A stretch of DNA of 64,000 nt from a virus (lineage: Duplodnaviria; Caudoviricetes), in the IMG/VR virus record IMGVR_UViG_3300011008_000999, one strand, 5' to 3'. Below the pieces are notes generated by a model, which saw only the letters and a list, made by a program, of their open reading frames with translations, did not search any database and was not told the origin of the DNA. Both the position numbers and the translations under genes were made by a program. Each line of letters starts with the position of its first letter. Position 1 is the first letter of the stretch. Shown here in pieces: positions 49,295 to 60,246 of the stretch.

Positions 49295-50197
49295 TTAGCA
49301 AGTAGTACAAGCTGCACGAATATCTTCTACTGCTCCATGATGTTTTACACGATGCTGAACTTCATCAATCTTTCCATCATTAAATGCTGTGAGAAAATCC
49401 TCTATCATACTAGATTGATTCCATAATACAATATAGTTTAGTTGTTTACTATATTCTTTTTTACGTATATCTAGACTTGTCCATACATTTATAGCAATTT
49501 TGTAGTACTTACTATTTTTACTTTTCCACATATTTAATTTTTCTATATCTTGTTCATTAGTTTCATCAAAATAATGATTATTATGCGTCCAATGGAAATT
49601 ACATTCTATAAATAAATCTAATGACTTAATATAAAAATCACAATTAAATGGATAACGTTCATCAGAATATTGTCTTACTATATCAGTTTCTTCAAATATG
49701 GTTAACAAATACTCATAAAATTTATCTTCAGCTTTAGATGAACAAAATGTATTATTTTTACGTTTTGTGTCATTTTGACGTTGAATCATTTCTTTCGAAT
49801 GAACTTTTTCAATAACATTAGGTTGGTTAAATGGATTTTTTACACCATATTTTAATAAACATGTTTGTTCAACTTTTTGTTTATACTTAGTTGTTTTATG
49901 TCCTTTACTAATATTATTACACCAGTCTTCAGTAAAGACTCTACCTTTTAAAGCTTTAGATAGATTTTGTTTATGCTCTTCAGAATCAGGTAATTTTCCA
50001 TATCTAAAACCATCAGGTAATGGTTCAGAAGCTTTTATACACTTCTGAACCATACCATTAGTTATCCATTTAGTTCCTTTAGTAAAAGAACCATAGTTTG
50101 TTCTACCTCTAATAAAACCTTCTGGAATAGTATCAGTATCATAAAATTTTTTATCTATAATACCATTTGTATACCAATGTTTTATCATTATGAACAT
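49295..50197 (-). CDS. free-standing homing endonuclease with NrdD C-terminal duplicate
   Basis: WYTNG/WITNG repeats, KYG, YPFNCDFYI..IECNFHWTH. Ends AFNDGKIDEVQHRVKHHG. Confidence 0.8.
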   Translation of the reverse strand: MFIMIKHWYTNGIIDKKFYDTDTIPEGFIRGRTNYGSFTKGTKWITNGMVQKCIKASEPLPDGFRYGKLPDSEEHKQNLSKALKGRVFTEDWCNNISKGHKTTKYKQKVEQTCLLKYGVKNPFNQPNVIEKVHSKEMIQRQNDTKRKNNTFCSSKAEDKFYEYLLTIFEETDIVRQYSDERYPFNCDFYIKSLDLFIECNFHWTHNNHYFDETNEQDIEKLNMWKSKNSKYYKIAINVWTSLDIRKKEYSKQLNYIVLWNQSSMIEDFLTAFNDGKIDEVQHRVKHHGAVEDIRAACTTC

Positions 50198-53100
50198 CCT
50201 TTACATACATTAGCAAAATTGTCTGCATTAACTGTACCATGGTGTTTTACTCTATGTTGAACTTCATCAATCTTTCCGTCATTAAACGCATCAAGATAAG
50301 ATTCAGTAATATAACCAGTAACTCTTCTAAGTCTCTGGATATTTGTGCTCTTGCATGCAGGACACTCATTTCCGATCTCACCTGACCAACCACAATCACG
50401 ACATGTATCAAGACTAAGGTTGATTCCAAGATAAGGAATATCTTTAGCCATAGCATACTGAACAAGCTTTCTAAGAGCTTTAATATTCTTGCTAGCTGCA
50501 GTATCGATTTCAACATAAGTGATACATCCAGCATTAGAATATCCAGTAAGTTGTGCTTCAAGATCAATCTTCTCGAATGGAGTCATATCACGCCATACAG
50601 GAATATGTATAGAGTTGGTAAAGAACTCTTTATCAGAAACATTCTTAATTACTCCATACTTCTCTCTAAACTTCTTGAGTGCAGTATGGCAAAGAGACTC
50701 TGCAGGTGTGTAATATACACCAAAATTAATATGAATAGTCTGTCCCTGAATAGTATAAGTATCAGCTTTATATTCTGCACACTTCTTATTAAAGAGAGCT
50801 TCAATTCGTTTTGCTAACTCCATACCTTCTTCAGTAGTTTGATCTTTACCAATAAGAATCTGAAGAGTTTCAGCTACGCCTAACTGACCAATAGCAAGTG
50901 TACCATGTTTAAGAGCTGAAATGATTCCTTCCTTAGGAATATAACCAAGCATTGTTCTATTCTGATACATAAATGCTGCAGAAGCTGGACTCTGACTTGC
51001 AATAAGTTTAAATCTTTCAACAAGACCGTCTTTACACTCTTCAATCTTTCTAGTAAGAATCTCAAAGAAATCTTCAATATTCTTCTCACCAATACGACCT
51101 TTAGCTTTCATAGCAAGAGTAGGAAGAATAATAGTAGCAGGAGCTAAGTTACCTCTACCATCTTTCTGATTTCCTGAATAGAAATAATCCTTAGGTGGCT
51201 TACCATACTTAACGATCTCATCTACAATATAACCGAAATTAAAATTAGCATCATAACCATTGTATGTTCTACACGTTTTATCTAATGTTACCATTAGCAC
51301 TGACTATATCTTCTACTTAAATGTTAATTCATTTAATCACAATTTGCACATGTGAGGATTTCTCCGTAGTCTTCCGCTTCGGTTCTCAGGTGGGTCTTGT
51401 TTCCTTCTTCCACCGACGGTGCTTATCTCCGTCCCTACTCCCTTACATTCATCGGGGATAGTCGATACACTTTTTATTTTAAGAGTTCTAATTTATAGTT
51501 GTCATAATAGATAATATTTGTTGGAAAGTTTAGTCTATTTTTAAGACCTAAATGCTTATATAAAGCATTTCTACTTCCAAATATGAGTTCTGTACCATCA
51601 GCTAAGTTGGTCATCTTAACTTTAGTACCTCTGCTATGTTCATTTGGCATAGCATAATTTTGATATTCATCATCTTCAAATGCAATTAACCATTCTTTTC
51701 TAAATAAAGTATTATCAGAATGAGATGCTTTAGCCATTAACATACCTCTACTTTTTATATTAAAAAAGTTAGCTGTTTCACCTAAAGTATCAAAATGATG
51801 TTCTTCACCAGTAATAATAGATTTAACTTTTAATTGGTTACTATTACCATTATTTTTACCTTTATTGGCATTTGAAATTTTAGAATGTATAATTGTCATT
51901 TCTTTGTCTGATTTGCATAAGTATGTATTTCCACCTTCTCCACCAGGTGTAAGATTATATCCTATACTACCATTAGTAGAATTGTAGTATGCTATCCAAA
52001 ATTGTTCTCTTTCATTAAGTTCCTTTACTGAATAACATTCTTCAATTTGTTCATATTTGAAATTGTTTTTACCATACTTATGAATAGCTCTAGCTAAATA
52101 ACTTTTAGATGTTGCACTAGCACCATCGCAATGTCTAATAAATCTAGCTTCTATACTCTTATTATAAACTTGACCAATATAAATTTTGCCATTTATAAGA
52201 TTAGTTATCTTATAAATATATCCGTATTTGAACTCATACATTTTTATAACCTCTTAAAATAACTTAGCACGGTCTCATCAATCATTCATTACACATACAA
52301 ATAATGAAGGACCTAACCGTTAGCCACATTTCTGTGACACCCTCGAGCGAGGTTCAAAAGATTTTAGATGAGCTGCAGTTTACACTTACCCATCGTGCTC
52401 ATAATTTCTACAGGATCAATAATAGTCTCATCGATTTCAACTACATCTCCGTTAAGAACCATTTTGTAATGTCTAGCTTCATTCTTATTTTCATTTACCC
52501 AAGCTGCAAGTTTAGCCATCTTCTCTTTCGAGATCTTAGCGAGAACTGCTCTCTTGTGTTCTATATCTTTCATTCTACCAGCAGTATCAATTGACCACTG
52601 TGCATTTGTGTAGTTAGGATAAAATCTCTTTGCAGTACATCTAAGTGCCTTAAGGAAAATATCATAGTTAGGTGTGCCTGGCATACCATTGATTTCTGTA
52701 TGATACTGGAAAATTCCACAAGGGAAAATAGGTGTCTTATGAAGAGGACCAGTTCCATCAAGAGTCGCATCAAGAATAGCATGAGAAACCATTCTACCTT
52801 CAGTAAGTGTACAAGTACCATAGTTAATAGAACTAAACGGTAACTGCTGACCACTTCTTGATTGAAGAGAGTTGAGGTTATGTACAAGAGCTTCTGCACC
52901 CTGATGCACTTCTCTAACAGTTAAATCATAAGCATACTGGAAACAAGGATCATCCTTATAGTCGTCAATAGAAAGATCTGCACAATTAGCAGGTACCTTC
53001 CAATCTTCATGCTGAATATACTTTTTACCATCTCTAAGATGTTTAAAGAATGACCATCTAACACTAGGTACAGCTGACCAATCTAAGTGAGTATATGAAA

Positions 53101-53761
53101 CTCCACCAAACTGCTGAAGTGACTGAACCTGCATATAAACTGCAGCCTGTTGAAGAAATGTACTAGCAGATCTTGCAGGTCTAATATCAGTCTGCTTAAT
53201 ATGCACACCATCTTTATTCATGTTATCTACAGGAATTGATAAACAGTTATGCATTCCTGATGAATAAGAATCAAGATCATGTGTATAAACTTCATTATTG
53301 TTATGATTATCACGAGCTGTTTTGCTCATTATTTTAAGTGCATTATCTTTAAGAAGGATTCTAGCTGCTTCATTCATTCTTCCTGAGAATGATCTTTCAT
53401 CACAGTTAGCATTAGAGTTCTCTATATTAGAACCACTAAGTTTCTTTTCAAAAGCTTTAATGATATCTGACTGATAGACATGCTCCTTCTGTCTATCATA
53501 GTGATAAGTAATATAGCTTTTAGCTACTTCTTTATATGCAGTCTGCATCAGACGATTTTCTACCATATCTGAGATGTTTTCTGCATCTACAATATTTACG
53601 TTTTTCTTATTAAGTTCTTCTTCAATCTGATCGGCTATTCTGTTAGCCATAAATTCAGGCACATTTTCTTCTTCAGTAGCATTAGACGCTAATCGTATGG
53701 AGTTTACGACTTTTGATTTGTCGAAATCTTCCAATTTCTTATTATATTTTCTAACTCGCAT
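50188..53761 (-). CDS. nrdD: class III anaerobic ribonucleotide reductase. Spliced join(52388..53761, 50188..51273), 819 aa
   Basis: ATP cone, HDLD, SRSGQQLPFSSINYG, STMG|CRT, GRGNL, TPAESL, CxxC..CPAC, RRVTGY glycyl-radical motif. Confidence 0.95.
51274..52387 (-). ncRNA. group I intron in nrdD
   Basis: P1 AUGGGU/GCUCAU. P10 CUGCA/UGUAG. GTGTATCGACTA and GAAGATATAGTCAG. Terminal G at 51274. Restores MGCR. Confidence 0.9.
51474..52241 (-). CDS. intron-encoded GIY-YIG homing endonuclease
   Basis: GYIYKITNLINGKIYIGQ..R..E..GYNLT. Confidence 0.9.
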   Translation of the reverse strand: MYEFKYGYIYKITNLINGKIYIGQVYNKSIEARFIRHCDGASATSKSYLARAIHKYGKNNFKYEQIEECYSVKELNEREQFWIAYYNSTNGSIGYNLTPGGEGGNTYLCKSDKEMTIIHSKISNANKGKNNGNSNQLKVKSIITGEEHHFDTLGETANFFNIKSRGMLMAKASHSDNTLFRKEWLIAFEDDEYQNYAMPNEHSRGTKVKMTNLADGTELIFGSRNALYKHLGLKNRLNFPTNIIYYDNYKLELLK

Positions 53762-53771
53762 AATTGTCTCC

Positions 53772-55346
53772 TTATAAGTACTGATCTACATTATCAATAG
53801 GCAGTGTTAAGTCTAATTCTTCAATAGGCTTAACTGCATCATATTCCTCTTCTTCAGTTTCAGTTACATCCTCTTCTTCTTGAGGCTTAAACTTAACCTT
53901 CTTTAAAATTTCAGAATATGGTGCAATACGATATACTTCTTGAGTACCTTTTTTATTGAAGATAGGATATTTTGTAATAAATAATGCAGTAGGTTTAAAT
54001 GTACCTATAGCGCCTTTATAAGGTTTTCTCAAGCTCATAATATCGTAGCTCTTATCAAATTTACATACACCTGCAAGCAACTCTGCAGTTTGTTGTGTGG
54101 CACCAGCATGAATAATATAGTTGTTAATCGTACCAAGAATAGCTTGAACAAAATACTCACCTGCATTCATGGCAATCTGATTTACGTCAAGAATAGAGAA
54201 TACCGTCTGTACACCACCAGATCTACCTTTTTCAAGTAAGTCTTTAATAAGTATAGATGATTCAAGTGTACCAAACTCATCTACACAAAGTAATAATTTA
54301 TCTGGATAATGTCTTCTTGTACCTCTGTCCATTATATCAGTAAACACAAAAGAGCTTAACTGATTGGCCAGTGCTTTATTTGAACTAGTGAAACTAAAGC
54401 AAATTACAAATGGAGAGTCGATCTCAAATGTAAAGCTTGGATCATCACCAAACAGAAGTTCTGCTTTAGAAGTTAATAAGATTTTCAGTGACTTTTGTAA
54501 GTTATTGAAACCATCTCGTTCGTTCTGTTGTGGATGATATGATTTAGCAAATCTATATAAACCTGCTATATAGTTTGTTGTTTCACTATTCGTATCACGA
54601 TAACTGTCATAATCTCTAATAAGATTTTGTATAGCTAACTGCATGGACGTTTTATAATGCTCATCAGCACCATCTGTAGACCACCTACGAGTGTTCATCA
54701 GCGCTTCAACCTTACCTGTTTCATCGAGATTTATAAATGGATCATAAGTGAAGTTGCAATCTCTAGCACTAAATTCATAATAAGGAAGACCTGCGGCGGA
54801 TGCAAATCCTTTCATCTCATCAAGAATATCTTCTTCACCTTTATAATCGAAAAATACAACTGGTTTGCCTTCATCTATTCGTTGCTTAAGTATAGTCTTC
54901 ATAGTAGTAGTTTTACCAGAACCAGTAGATCCAGTAATGAATGTTTCACCAGATAGAATAGTATTATCTAATTCTATTGCGCGCATATTATATTTGATCT
55001 CATTATGATTTACTGGTAGAACTCGTCCAATAGCAAGTTCTTTAGGTCTACGAAGTTTGTTGAAAACGGCGCTAACACTAAATATCCTTCCGGAATAATC
55101 TAGGTCAGCGCCGTCACTCACATGATTTCTATACTTTATAAACATGAGGAATGCAATTAGCAGTACTGAGTATATAATGGTAAACCAACCAAAAACAAAG
55201 TAGCATACTATTCCAAAGAATCCCTGATCCAATAAAATAACTGGAACTGTCTTTTTCCTGCATAGCAACATGTTTTCACAGGCAATTACAAGAAGAACTA
55301 CCAAACCAATTAATGATTTAGTTAGCATTTCTTGTACTGTTGTCAT
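53772..55346 (-). CDS. VirD4/TraD-like coupling ATPase
   Basis: N-terminal TMs, ITGSTGSGKTT, FFDYKG, YDPF, CVDEFG, EKGRSGG. Confidence 0.75.
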   Translation of the reverse strand: MTTVQEMLTKSLIGLVVLLVIACENMLLCRKKTVPVILLDQGFFGIVCYFVFGWFTIIYSVLLIAFLMFIKYRNHVSDGADLDYSGRIFSVSAVFNKLRRPKELAIGRVLPVNHNEIKYNMRAIELDNTILSGETFITGSTGSGKTTTMKTILKQRIDEGKPVVFFDYKGEEDILDEMKGFASAAGLPYYEFSARDCNFTYDPFINLDETGKVEALMNTRRWSTDGADEHYKTSMQLAIQNLIRDYDSYRDTNSETTNYIAGLYRFAKSYHPQQNERDGFNNLQKSLKILLTSKAELLFGDDPSFTFEIDSPFVICFSFTSSNKALANQLSSFVFTDIMDRGTRRHYPDKLLLCVDEFGTLESSILIKDLLEKGRSGGVQTVFSILDVNQIAMNAGEYFVQAILGTINNYIIHAGATQQTAELLAGVCKFDKSYDIMSLRKPYKGAIGTFKPTALFITKYPIFNKKGTQEVYRIAPYSEILKKVKFKPQEEEDVTETEEEEYDAVKPIEELDLTLPIDNVDQYL

Positions 55347-55831
55347 TCGTTTTGTACCTCACTATTTTGTGAATTTTCTGAATTTTCTAAATCTTCTGAT
55401 GAATCTGCATCCTCTCCAGAGTCGTCTTCAGAACCACCACCATGCGTTTCTTTCTCGATCTCATCACCTATATTAATTACCTCAGGTGCATTTTCATCTT
55501 TTATTTTCTCTCCAGTTTGACCAGTTGGATCCCAATAAATACCATCTTCATTGGTTATGACACTTGTGCCTTCAAGCCAATTAGAAATAGTTTCACCAAC
55601 ATTATGTGACCAATTGAAGAAAAATTTAAGGACACCAGTCTGGCTAACTCCGCCCATAATAACAAACAAGAAGAAAGCTATACCTAAAATGACACCTGCA
55701 GCTTTCCAAATGTCATCATAATTTGCTCTAGCCTGAGCAGTTTCATTTCTATGCTTCAAGCTTTGCCAAGCTTTTGGAAGTACAACTGTAGTCTTCTCTT
55801 TCTTCTTACCATCTTTAGCCATGACATTCAC
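55343..55831 (-). CDS. single-TM hypothetical protein
   Basis: TM plus acidic tail. Confidence 0.6.
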   Translation of the reverse strand: MNVMAKDGKKKEKTTVVLPKAWQSLKHRNETAQARANYDDIWKAAGVILGIAFFLFVIMGGVSQTGVLKFFFNWSHNVGETISNWLEGTSVITNEDGIYWDPTGQTGEKIKDENAPEVINIGDEIEKETHGGGSEDDSGEDADSSEDLENSENSQNSEVQNE

Positions 55832-55839
55832 TCCTTTCC

Positions 55840-56424
55840 TTAATTATTTGTACTACTATCAAATTTGTTTCGTATGTCAGCAACACTTATATGCTGTTTA
55901 CCTTGAATCTTTGCGAAGATCTCATCTTCATCAAAATCTCCATACGATCTAGAATCAGCTGAATTAGTTCTATTATCACCTAAACAATAATAGCTTTCAT
56001 TGTCTAAAGTAACACAGAAATCATTAGTTCCACCATAGTTATATCGGTCTTCTATCAACTCTCCATTTATATATAAATAGCCATCCTTGTACTCTATAGT
56101 CTCTCCAGGTAAACCAATTACTCTTTTAATAAGAGTCTTTTGCGCTACTTCTGAATAGATGACTACTACATCAAATCTCTGAAGATATTGATAGTTACGC
56201 TGTCCTATTACTAAGTTAGCGTCATAATAACTAGGTTCCATAGATGGACCTACAACCATTACTATCGTATAGTTAAAATTAAAGAAAAGCAGAATAACAA
56301 TCAGTATCATCATAATGATACATTTCTTCTGCTTATACCAAGGTACTTTTTGTACAGTTTCATCAGTTGATTCTATCTGCTCTTCATCTGAATTAACTGT
56401 TTCTGATTTATCTTTACTGTGCAT
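55840..56424 (-). CDS. lepB: signal peptidase I
   Basis: GPSMEP, IKRVIGLPGE, GDNRTNSADSR. Confidence 0.92.
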   Translation of the reverse strand: MHSKDKSETVNSDEEQIESTDETVQKVPWYKQKKCIIMMILIVILLFFNFNYTIVMVVGPSMEPSYYDANLVIGQRNYQYLQRFDVVVIYSEVAQKTLIKRVIGLPGETIEYKDGYLYINGELIEDRYNYGGTNDFCVTLDNESYYCLGDNRTNSADSRSYGDFDEDEIFAKIQGKQHISVADIRNKFDSSTNN

Positions 56425-57499
56425 TTTTCTCTTCCTCGCATTTTGTACTTCTTACTGTAGAATCAAGTAACATCTTATATGCAACTTCTTCCTTAGCTGT
56501 ATAGTTAGTTATACGCTGAGCTGGAGCCGTCCAAGGCGCTACAAATAATCTACAAGTTCCTAAGCCTCCAGCCTCTTTATATGCCTTTTTAACTTGTTCT
56601 ACAATATAATTATTTCCGCATAAATAAAGTAAATAACCAAAGACCATATTATTTCTATAAGACTTCATAATCTTATCATAACGATTACCAGTTTTAGCAG
56701 AAAGTTCCATTTCAATTGCCCAACTTTGTGGTTTACCATCAGGTGTTCTAAAAGCTGGAATAACTAAATCAGGACGTTGTGTATAAATACCATCTTTATT
56801 CTTTTCAGGATCTTCAGTTGCTAATGTGAATAGTGAATAATCTTGAAATTCTGCGGTAAATTTCTGCTTACTTCTAATTGACTGAATCAGTTTATCTTGT
56901 CCAGCTCTTATTGAAGTTGCATCTAATTTTCCACGGTATTCTTCTTCAATAAAGATAGGTACACCAACTTTTTGTTGTGATGTGATATTTAATGGATGAT
57001 ATGTAGGTAGACATTGTGCTTTACTCTCTTGAATAAAGTACCAAATCTCAGAACTAGGATTTCCCATCATAACATCAAATACAATCTGCATTTCTGCGCA
57101 TGTATGATTTAATAAGTTGAATGGAATATCAGAATACCATGTTTCTTTAACATCCATCAGCTCAAATAAAAAATAGGTAGGTCGAATGAATACACCAGTT
57201 GAACCAGTCTGTGCCCAAACTAAACCTACTCTAATAAATCTTTCTATTTGATTATATCCATTAGTAGCATATACTTCATACCACTGCTGAACTAACCATG
57301 CGGGAGCCCATCTAAAACGAGCTATAATATAAAGTACTACTTCATCCAAGGTATAAACAGAGGCCACATCATCAATTGTTTTGACTTCGATGTGGTCTGC
57401 ATATACATTAACATGAGGTGTAACTTTAGGATATCTGAAATACGTATTTTTGACTGCTTCTTGATCTTGTATCTCTAATAACTCTAATTGACTTCTCAT
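56414..57499 (-). CDS. Replic_Relax-like PD-(D/E)XK protein
   Basis: LNHT..RPDLV..AIEMELSAK..RY..I..Y; adjacent to the VirD4-like gene. Confidence 0.55.
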   Translation of the reverse strand: MRSQLELLEIQDQEAVKNTYFRYPKVTPHVNVYADHIEVKTIDDVASVYTLDEVVLYIIARFRWAPAWLVQQWYEVYATNGYNQIERFIRVGLVWAQTGSTGVFIRPTYFLFELMDVKETWYSDIPFNLLNHTCAEMQIVFDVMMGNPSSEIWYFIQESKAQCLPTYHPLNITSQQKVGVPIFIEEEYRGKLDATSIRAGQDKLIQSIRSKQKFTAEFQDYSLFTLATEDPEKNKDGIYTQRPDLVIPAFRTPDGKPQSWAIEMELSAKTGNRYDKIMKSYRNNMVFGYLLYLCGNNYIVEQVKKAYKEAGGLGTCRLFVAPWTAPAQRITNYTAKEEVAYKMLLDSTVRSTKCEEEKNAQ

Positions 57500-58038
57500 T
57501 CTTTAATCTCGACTTTCTGAGTAGTGTATCTCTTACCATCTTTAGATACAAAATCAGAAATCGCAGTGAAGTATACATAAGGAATTACAGGTATGACCGC
57601 CCATAATACAATCCACCAAGGATTCTTTTTGTGCGCCATTGTAAATTTCCACATCATCATACACCATAAAACCAATGTTACTACAGCAAAAGCAATCAAA
57701 ACATACTTCGATCCTACAGCAATATTTGCTACTACTTCAGGTACTTCAACCATAACTCGGCTAAAATCACCTTCATTTGTAGGCATTTGTATTGCATAAG
57801 CATAATTCTGCATAATCCATATTTCGTATCCAAAACATAATGCAAAATATACCCAAAATACTGTATGTGCAATTCCATTAGCTACTGCAAGCTTCTTACA
57901 ACCAACAGTGTGTCCTAATTCATACTTATTTAATCCAGGTATAAATGCATGCCAAACCTTCAAATCTCTTTTATAGAACATAATAGCTCTGCATATTGCA
58001 CATATTAGTGTCAATAATAATACTGCGCCAAATGTCAT
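57496..58038 (-). CDS. DUF5684-like membrane protein
   Basis: WHAFIPGLN.Y; several TMs. Confidence 0.55.
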   Translation of the reverse strand: MTFGAVLLLTLICAICRAIMFYKRDLKVWHAFIPGLNKYELGHTVGCKKLAVANGIAHTVFWVYFALCFGYEIWIMQNYAYAIQMPTNEGDFSRVMVEVPEVVANIAVGSKYVLIAFAVVTLVLWCMMMWKFTMAHKKNPWWIVLWAVIPVIPYVYFTAISDFVSKDGKRYTTQKVEIKE

Positions 58039-58322
58039 TTTTCTAACTTCCTTTCAAAAAAACTAATATCTAATAGCTACTTAAAGTATATTATTATTAA
58101 ATAGTCTTTAGTTGGACTCTTTTTCTTTGAGTCTCTCAGCTAAAGCTATTAAACTTTTCTTTGTTATAGTATAAAAGCCACAGTCTTCACATTTGAAGTC
58201 TCTGCGGCATTCATTTGGACATGAACAATCAAAGTCTACATCTTCGATAAATTTCTTAATTTCTTCTACTTTATCCATACTATGTATTTATAAATATCCT
58301 TTCATTGAGATAAAAACACTCC

Positions 58323-59699
58323 TTAAGCGAGCGTTTTAGCTAACTCAAGGAGTGCGTTTCTTTCATTTTCGACCTGCTCATCAATAACAGCTTCAAACAG
58401 ATCTTTAAGAATCTGACCAACAATAGGACCAGGTTTAATATTAAGTAGATCAATAATATCCTTACCGCCAACAGCGAGGTCAGTGATTTTGAATGCATTT
58501 TCTTGTTCTACTACAATATCAATATTCTTCTTAAAGAGTTCAAATCTCTGAAGCATATCATTCCAAGTATCTTCTTCACCTGCAGGACATCTATGATCCA
58601 TAATATCAGCTTCTTTAAGAAAGATCCAGTCTCTCACAAGATCTTCACTTGTATTAACAATGAATCTTCTAATATGCTTGTACTCAGGACTGATATGATC
58701 GTCATGATGAAGAATAAGACCAAGAACTCTTTCACGTTCTCTAGTAGAAATTCTAAGATCCTTTGCAATTACATCTCTAGCAATTTCTACACTAACAAGC
58801 TGATGATCGTAAAAATGATCACAGTTGTATTCATTATCATGTACTCTACTAAACGGTTTACCAATATCATGAAGCAGTGCTGCAAGCTTAATTTCAAACT
58901 TATTAGACTTACAACCATCTACAACATGAAGAATATGATCGTAAATATCATGAGGATGCCATCTACTATTGTGAGGTGCACCAATACAAGGAATCATCTC
59001 AGGAATGATCACACCTACAATATCAGAGAACTCCATGAAAATATCTCTAATAGGATTACCACAAGTAAGCATCTTACGAAGTTCATCAGTAATTCTTTCC
59101 TTAGAAATACATTCATCAAGCTTAGCAAGAACGTCTGTATCATGCATAGCAGTTTTAGTAGAATCTTCAATAGTGAAACCATACTTAATAGCAAATCTCA
59201 TTGCGCGGAGAACTCTAAGAGGATCTTCCATAAATCTCTGTTTTGCATCACCTACACAACGAACAATCTTGCTCTGAATATCATCATATCCATGAAAAGG
59301 ATCAGTAAGACTACAATCAAGAGGGTTCATTGCGATAGCATTCATGGTAAAATCTCTTCTAGCAAGATCTTCTTCTAGTGAAGGAGTGAAAGTTACTTCA
59401 CTAGGATGTCTACCATCATCATACTTACCATCTACTCTATAAGTAGTTACTTCGAAAAGTTCAGAATCTTTATTAGGTCTAACAGATACTGTACCATGCT
59501 GGAGACCAGTATCTACATGTGACTTGAAAATCTTCTGAATCTGTTCAGGAAGTGCATTAGTTGTAATATCAATATCTTTTGGATCTTTATGCATAAGGAA
59601 GTCACGAACATATCCTCCAACGAAATATGCCTCAAAGTGTTCATCTCTAATCATTTTTACAACTTCCATTGCGTTTTCTAACATTGTCATTTTCATCAC
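58323..59699 (-). CDS. cca: CCA tRNA nucleotidyltransferase with HD domain
   Basis: YFVGGYVRD, DIDITT, EVTTYR, DLARRDFTMNA, EDPLRVLR, LLHDIGK, PGPIVG. Confidence 0.92.
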   Translation of the reverse strand: MMKMTMLENAMEVVKMIRDEHFEAYFVGGYVRDFLMHKDPKDIDITTNALPEQIQKIFKSHVDTGLQHGTVSVRPNKDSELFEVTTYRVDGKYDDGRHPSEVTFTPSLEEDLARRDFTMNAIAMNPLDCSLTDPFHGYDDIQSKIVRCVGDAKQRFMEDPLRVLRAMRFAIKYGFTIEDSTKTAMHDTDVLAKLDECISKERITDELRKMLTCGNPIRDIFMEFSDIVGVIIPEMIPCIGAPHNSRWHPHDIYDHILHVVDGCKSNKFEIKLAALLHDIGKPFSRVHDNEYNCDHFYDHQLVSVEIARDVIAKDLRISTRERERVLGLILHHDDHISPEYKHIRRFIVNTSEDLVRDWIFLKEADIMDHRCPAGEEDTWNDMLQRFELFKKNIDIVVEQENAFKITDLAVGGKDIIDLLNIKPGPIVGQILKDLFEAVIDEQVENERNALLELAKTLA

Positions 59700-59715
59700 C
59701 TCTTTAACTTGTTTT

Positions 59716-59752
59716 TATTATAACACGAAGTTGAGGTAATGTAAATAGTTTA
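59716..59752 (-). promoter_or_regulatory. class A promoter
   Basis: CTATTTACA-17 nt-TATAAT. Confidence 0.75.
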
Positions 59753-59854
59753 TTCAAAATTTTCGTCAGAATAATCTTCACGGTCATCATCACATCCGTC
59801 ATCACAACCATTACTATTTATTAAGATTTCTTTTTCATCCATAATAGATTCTCC

Positions 59855-60070
59855 TTATTTCTTCAGCTTTTCATAAACTTCATCCATAATATCTTTTACA
59901 TATTGATCCTGATTGATACCTAAAATAGTAGCTCCTGCTTTTATCTTATAAACTATATCATCAGCAACAATAGAAGGTAAATATTTTGGAGTGCCTGTAG
60001 CACAACAAGTAAAATCCATTGTTTTATATGCATCACAATATTTTGTATTTTTACAATCTACACATTTCAT
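59855..60070 (-). CDS. Cys-rich hypothetical protein
   Basis: ORF. Confidence 0.5.
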   Translation of the reverse strand: MKCVDCKNTKYCDAYKTMDFTCCATGTPKYLPSIVADDIVYKIKAGATILGINQDQYVKDIMDEVYEKLKK

Positions 60071-60246
60071 AACTTTTCCTTAAATATCTAAATCATCCAT
60101 CTCAACATCAGAGTCTAATGAGGTATCACCAGAGGTCTCTGGAGATAACTTTGCTTTTCTATTATTTATATATTTAATTATTATAATAGTAGCAACTGTG
60201 AGACCACTGAGAACTACTAAGATAGATCCTATACCTACTAATTTCT

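Noticed and set aside
53772-55346. VirD4-like gene as the missing FtsK-B C-half
   Set aside because: It has its own TMs and an intact Walker A, with no IntC.
58503-59378. Long plus-strand ORFs (this one, 11677..11994, 48538..48996 and others)
   Set aside because: They are antisense shadows of well-supported minus-strand genes, with no RBS or motifs.
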